Shown: in pieces, positions 58,416 to 64,000 of the stretch
Numbering within the stretch: position 1 is the first letter of the stretch
Layout: every line of letters starts with the position of its first letter
Assembly (NCBI RefSeq): GCF_032191835.1
Contig: NC_083239.1
Span: 39,494,001-39,558,000 of the forward strand
Length of the DNA stretch: 64,000 nt
Source: Heteronotia binoei
Taxonomy: Eukaryota
Direction: 5' to 3'
The notes under the pieces: generated by a model
Seen by the model: the letters and a program-made list of their open reading frames with translations, nothing else
Told to the model about the DNA's origin: nothing
The model's database searches: none
Program-made: the position numbers and the translations under genes

Positions 58416-58780
58416 ATTGGATTTATATCCCGCCCTCCACTCCAAAGAGTCTCAGAGTGGTCCACAATCTCCTTTCCCTTCCTCCCTCACAACACCCTTG
58501 AGGTGGGTGGGGCTGGAGAGGGATCTCACAGCAGCTGCCCTTTCAAGGACAGAGGCTCAGAGTGGCCTACAATCTCCTTTCCCTTCCTCCCCCACAACAG
58601 ACACCCTGTGAGGTGGGTGGGGCTGGAGAGGGCTCTCACAGCAACTGCCCTTTCAAGGACAACCTCTGCCACAGCTATGGCTGACCCAAGGCCATGCTAG
58701 CAGGTGCAAGTGGAGGAGTGGGGAATCAAACCCGGTTCTCTCAGATAAGAATCCACGCACTTAACCACTGCACCAAACTG
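58229..58780. mobile_element. Squam3-like SINE head (plus strand) abutting a minus-strand SINE with an expanded (GAT)n tail and an internal duplication
   Basis: tRNA-like head 58229-58343; about 24 GAT units at 58344-58415; agagtggcctacaatctcctttcccttcctcc block occurs twice. Confidence 0.75.
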
Positions 58781-59639
58781 AGGCTCTCTTAGCAGAAGTG
58801 AAAGGTGATTGTAAGCCGCTCTGAGTGCAATGGTTCCACCTTGTGGATAAAGTGCATCAATACAGCCCTCGTGTTCAGATCAGGCCCAGCAGTGTAGATG
58901 GTTTGAGAATACTCCGGATTTATATAAACCAGCTTCAGTTCACACAAAATCTGGCTTAAACATGAATGTAGAATCCCCCCTTGGAGAACCGGGTTTGATT
59001 CCCCACTCCTCCACTTAAACCTGCTGGAATGGTCTTGCATCAGCCATTGCTTTCTTAGGAGTTGTCCTCACATCGCATTTCCCCAGTATTTAGCTATCCT
59101 CACCTAGAAGCTTTTCAAACAGCCTATATATTCCACTTCAGGAACTGGACACTAACAGAATATTTTTGACATTGCTGCTGGCTTATTTTTACCTTTTCAG
59201 GAAAAATCAACTCTCGCACTCTGTACTATCTGCAGGGAGGCATGTCCCATTCAGGAGGTGCACCTGAAGCATTTTAGCTGAAAACTGCTTTCTTCTGTTT
59301 TCAATTCTATCTTCCGCTATGAATCGCTATAGTGGGCTGTTCAAAATGCCCCATAGCACTTCCTCTCGTGACTGGTTTTTCGCACCCTTTTTTCTGACTG
59401 CTTCATGTAATGCCACTTCCCCTTCTCACCCTGCTAGCCTTTGTGAGATCTTCAGCCGTGCGTGTGTGTGTGTGTAGTTGTTTCCCCCACTCTCTCCCCA
59501 AAAGAGAGGGAGGGAGGGAGGGGGAGAGAGAGAAAGTGGATTTTCCCCCCCTTCTTTCTGTTTCTCTGCTGCAATCTGAGGCAAGAGAGGGGGGGTTGCA
59601 AATGAGGCAGAAAGTTTTTTGGGGGGGGGTATTTCAAAA

Positions 59640-60110
59640 GTTTTCTTTATTGAAAATATAAACAGCTTACATAAAATCATAAAGCTTCAAAATATGATAC
59701 AACTTAAATTCCATGCATAGATAATAACACAAACAATTAAATCTAAGTTAAATAATTAGCAAAACGAATTATTCAAAAAGGTGACCACGTTTCCATTACA
59801 GACTGATATTGAGGTTACAGCCCGTGACTGCACCTCATCAGTGATCTTATCAATAGCAAAATAACCCCAAACTTTGAGATACCAAGCCTGAATATTGGGA
59901 GACTGCACCTCTTTCCATTCACAAGCGATGACTGCTTTAGCTAATGTAAGTAAATTCATTATAAGCTCTCTATCTTGTTTTGAGGCAGAACCAGATTCCC
60001 ATAGATTTAGAAGAATCAAACTTGGAGAAAATGGAATCTTAACACCTGTGATCCTGAAAATGGTAATTGGAGGGCAAGACCACCAAGCATGAAAAAAGGT
60101 TGCCCTAGAA
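59640..60110 (-). mobile_element. L1/Tx1-type LINE 3' fragment
   Basis: LLTLAKAVIACEWKEVQSPNIQAWYLKVW resembles the L1 ORF2 C-terminus; T-rich 3' end with TTTATT near 59645. Confidence 0.65.
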
Positions 60111-60878
60111 CCACAACCTTTCCAAGTGGCGGCAGGTCAGAGATTGAGTGCGAGAGCTGATTGTTTAAGGGATCGCCCTGAAGATAAATTGCTCTGGCTT
60201 TTTGGCTTTTTATCCTCTCAGCGATCCTATTACAGCCTTCACACACACACACAAAAACCACCAAAGGCTAAGAAAAAAGATCGCTGGTGAGCAGGAATGG
60301 GAAGTGGCACTTTGTGAAATGGCCAGATCGCTTCAGAGATGAGCCCTTAACGGACGGTGAACGACCCCCCCCCTCCCGCTTTACTCAGAACCGGCCCAAT
60401 GACTGATATGATCCAGAATATAAAAGTAATGCGAAAAGGACCCTAGTTTTGCCCCAAGAACTAATACAGTTGCCTGGGGTGTGATAGCTTGCTTAAATGC
60501 TGCTCTTTGGTGTCAGGAGACCCAGAAATCATTTGTTTCCTGAAACAAATCTGTTATTGAGTTGCGACTGACACAGTTCTAGGGGCTTTAGGGGGAGTGG
60601 CATATGCAAATGAGTTATGCTAATGAGCTCCAGCAGCTCTTTTTCTACAAAATGACCCTTGCCCAGAAGTGGCATACCACCATGGAGGTCAGCAGTGATC
60701 TTTTTTCTTTATTTTCCTTTTGCCGCCATTCAAAGCACAGGTGGGCAATGGGGAAGGTCAGTGGAAAGCTTATAGTGGGAGAATGCATAGCCCTACAGAT
60801 AATACAGAGCTAATTCTGTGTGGAACTATGTACAGAAACATTGAAGGTGGGGAATTTTGGAAACCAAGATCAGCAACA

Positions 60879-63800
60879 TTATAAGTCTTGAGAATCCAAG
60901 CCCACTGTAGATGTGGCCTTAGTTTATGTCGGCCTGTGGTTTTCCTCCTCAGCAAAGATAGTCTCGAATACCGAGAGAATGGAGCGTTTCAGACTTTCCT
61001 TGAAATCGTGCCCCATGAAGTAGGGGTCCCAATCCTCCCGCTCTGGCGGGGGCCCCCCGGGTTTGCACCCTCCTCTCCCGCTGTCTCAGAAAACGGAAGC
61101 GGGGGGGGCGGGAAGGGGAGAATGGCGCAAAGGCTGCGAGTCCGGGTCCTTTGGAGCAGCAAGTTGAAGAAGAGGCAGCAGCGGCGTCGGCCTGCTCCGC
61201 TCCCCCCTCCCCTCTGAGGTCAATCAGAGAAGGGGAGGGGGCAGGCCAGGACTCAGCAAGAGCAGGCAGCAGCACGCAGCGGCCGCGGCCTGTTCCAGTC
61301 CTCTGAGGTGAGGAGGTCTGTCAGAAGGGGAGGGGGCAGGCCAGGCCAGGACTCAGGCAGCAAGAGCGAGCGGGCAGCAGTGCACAGCGTCGTCGGCCTG
61401 CTCCGCTCTCCTGCAGTCCTGAGGTGAGGAGGTCTGTCAGAAGGGGAGGGGGCAGGCCAGTGTGTGCGCGCGCGAGTGAGAGAGTCTGCTAAGGGGCCAG
61501 CCGCAGCGTGTGGGAGCCATGGATGGAAGGGGGGGGGGAGCCATGCACGCTCACTCTCCTTTCTCCTCCTTCATCCCATTGAAGCACCAACAAAGTTTTT
61601 TCCCCCTTCAGTGAATGTTTGGAGGTGTCCTTTTTCTCCCCCTCAACATCCCGTTCCAGCAGCTCCTTTAGAATCAACGATCTTCCCTGATTTGTTTGTG
61701 TGTGTCCTCGGTATCCCATTCCAGCTTCTTTAAGATCAACAAAAATCTTCCGGTATTTGTTTGTTTGTGTGTGTGTTGGAAGGGAGACTGTCGTCTCTGT
61801 TTCTCCCCCTCCCGTTCCAGCGCCTTTCAGTTCTCCCCCTATTCCACTTTCTTTCAAATCAACAAAGATCTTCCCTGAGTGTGTGTCGGGGATGTTCTAA
61901 AACCTATGACAAGATTGTCCATAGGGAACAATAGCAGAGCTTGGATTGTCCATTGACTTGCATGGGCTTAATTGAAATACACTGAAACACAGAAACAGCT
62001 GCAACAAAAACTTGGAATGGATTCTTTCAGGAAATTCAAAAGATACTACAAGTGTCCTGGAATGGAATTGTCAGGGGGAGGGTGGGTTGCCACACTCTGG
62101 GACTGCAGGGTAGAAGGGCAGCCTTGGGGACTGGAGGTTGGCAAAGTACATTTTCCCCTGTCAATCCAGTCCTGGAGGATGGAAAACTACCTTTTCCCCT
62201 GTCAATCCAGTCCTAAAGGCTGGCAGATTAGTTTTCCCCCTGACAATCCAGTCCCCTAGCCTTGCAGTCCCAGAGTATGGCGACCCACCCTCCCCCAGGA
62301 CACTTGTAGTATCTTTTGACTTTCCTGAAAGAATCCATTCCAGGTTTTTGTTAAAGCCGTTTCTGTGCTTCAATGTATTTCAATGAAGCCCATGCAAGTC
62401 GATGGACAATCTTCTCTCCCATTATATCCTATGGACAATCCAGGCTCTGCTATTGTTTTCTATGGACAATCTTGTCTTTACATATTTAGTACTAACTACA
62501 TATTTAGCTTTTCTTAAAAGTTTGTTAAAGATTAGATAGAAATAAAGAGTCTGTAACTGAAGAGCAACAGATTTCAAGCCATTCTTCCATTTACTTCAAC
62601 AGTATATTGGCTACTGTGTTAAGACATTACTACTGATTGAACTTAACAAAGTTTTATAAAGCAGTGGATTTCATTACAGCTCTACTATTGTCATTTTTTC
62701 CTCAAGATTTCACTGTCTCAGAGAACTCAGCAGTTCCTCTTCTTGCTGTCTTAGTAGTGCAAACAAAGTTGTGACTTCTCTGTTCGTATAATGAGAACTT
62801 CAGAATTAACAGGAGGGCTTATTTCTATGAGTTGATGTCTAACTAGCATTCTTTGATTTCTTTGCTATTAAGTGTTCATCTCCATATTTCTGAATACTGT
62901 TTATTAAACATACAGGTCTGGTTCAAAACTCTGGTTTGGTGGTTTTAGAATACCAAATGAGCAGGGGAGTCCTGGGGAGAGAAGGTGTCAAGCATAGGTT
63001 GTATCTTTTGTCATCTTGCAGCCCATCCTTCTCCAATGATCAGCAAAGATATTCCACAGCCATTTGGAGCTGGGGTTGGGGGTGGGGAAAAGACAGTAAA
63101 TCAGTTTTGCTAATTATTTAGAAATCAAAGAAGAGAACTGCCTATGTAGCTGGAATTTTATTTCAGAGTTCTCAACATCAATTAGTTCCAAATGCCCTCA
63201 AACACAAACCTCTGTGCAGTTTTCAGTACACCTTGCCTGGTTAGCAAAAGAAATTCCTGCAGTGAAGAGTACAAGCAAAGCTCCTGCTGTGCATGGAGTA
63301 GTTCTTTCCCTTCATATTATGTACCCATCCTTTGGATTCCAGCTTTAGAGTGCTGGACTAGGGTCTAGGAGACCTGGGTTTGAATCTCTACCTTGCCAAG
63401 GAAGCTTGCTGGGTAACATTGGAATACTCTCAACCTCTGATGGAAGCAGCTTGGGTTCCCACTAAAAGTAGGGTATAAATCAGGATTGCCAGCCTCCAGA
63501 TGGTGGCTGGAGATCCCCTGCTCTTACAACAAAGGTTTGAGGGTCAGAAATCAATGTAAAGTGAGAAATTTAAATTTGGAAGGGGAAAATGACGTCACAG
63601 GAAGGCGTTTGGATGCAATATTCTGGAAGTGACATCATTTGAAGGGGCGGTGCTTGAGAAATGACATCACTTGACCTTTGACCTGTAAGTGACATCACAG
63701 GATATGACATCACAAAGTGATGTCACATCCTTTCTCCTGGCTCCACCCCCAAAGTCTCCTGGCTCCACCCCCAAAGTCCCCAGATATTTCCTGAATCGGA

Positions 63801-64000
63801 CTTGGCAACCCTACCATGAAGACATACAGGATGGGGTTCAGGCAGCTGTTAATGCTAAACAGGCCGGTAGCCAAAGGAACAGCAGGAAAGAATATCCACT
63901 TCTTTGCGGGGTCCTTGTGAAACTGAATCACTAGGAAAGAGAAAACATGATAGGGGAGCCAGCAGACGAAAAAGGCCACTATCACTGCAGTGATGACCCT
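60879..64000 (-). pseudogene. CMKLR1-like GPCR, copy 5 (TM6 to C-tail visible; continues beyond the window), interrupted by a hAT insertion
   Basis: 63814-64000 encodes VITAVIVAFFVCWLPYH...NSCLNPILYVFM; 60879-61020 encodes GHDFKESLKRSILSVFETIFAEEENHRPT*TKATSTVGLDSQDL* with a premature TAA at 60924-60926. Confidence 0.85.
61021..63813 (-). mobile_element. Composite non-autonomous hAT element, 2793 bp
   Basis: 8-bp TSD CCATGAAG at 61013-61020 and 63814-63821; ends TAGGGGTCCCAATCC and GGACTTGGCAACCCTA; no transposase ORF. Confidence 0.9.

Noticed and set aside
58308-58700. Poly-Asp or poly-Met protein
   Set aside because: Translation of a (GAT)n microsatellite that is an expanded SINE tail.
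61021-63813. hAT insertion acting as a precisely spliced intron that restores copy 5
   Set aside because: A donor-like ATG|GTAGGG exists at 63814-63813, but there is no AG at the far end or within the TSD; the distal tail also has a premature stop.

Overview
Vertebrate genomic DNA, most likely a gecko or other squamate judging by its SINE, CR1, BovB and hAT repeat content. The window holds a tandem array of five minus-strand class A GPCR genes of the chemerin-receptor (CMKLR1-like) chemoattractant family. Four have open single-exon CDSs (7039-8115, 22658-23704, 33345-34424, 48238-49311). The fifth (60879 to beyond 64000) is split by a 2.8-kb hAT element with an 8-bp TSD. Copies 1-4 each have a conserved upstream block with a TATA box, a GAGGAAG ETS-type motif and a CAG|GTCAGT donor, which I read as a non-coding first exon. 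The rest is dense, often nested transposon DNA: a young full-length but mutated Gypsy element (39258-44187), two Penelope-like GIY-YIG fragments, L1, CR1 and BovB pieces, a solo LTR, tRNA- and 5S-derived SINEs, and many hAT MITEs. The least ordinary structures are a TG...CA element with two ~495-bp inverted LTR-like arms and a 5-bp TSD (26015-27423) nested in a 4-kb insertion with its own inverted ends, hammerhead-ribozyme-like motifs, patchwork sequence sharing among the receptor paralogs, and a 155-bp two-subtype tandem array. TSD and CDS coordinates were counted directly; coordinates of degraded repeats are approximate, and family names come from recall rather than a database search.
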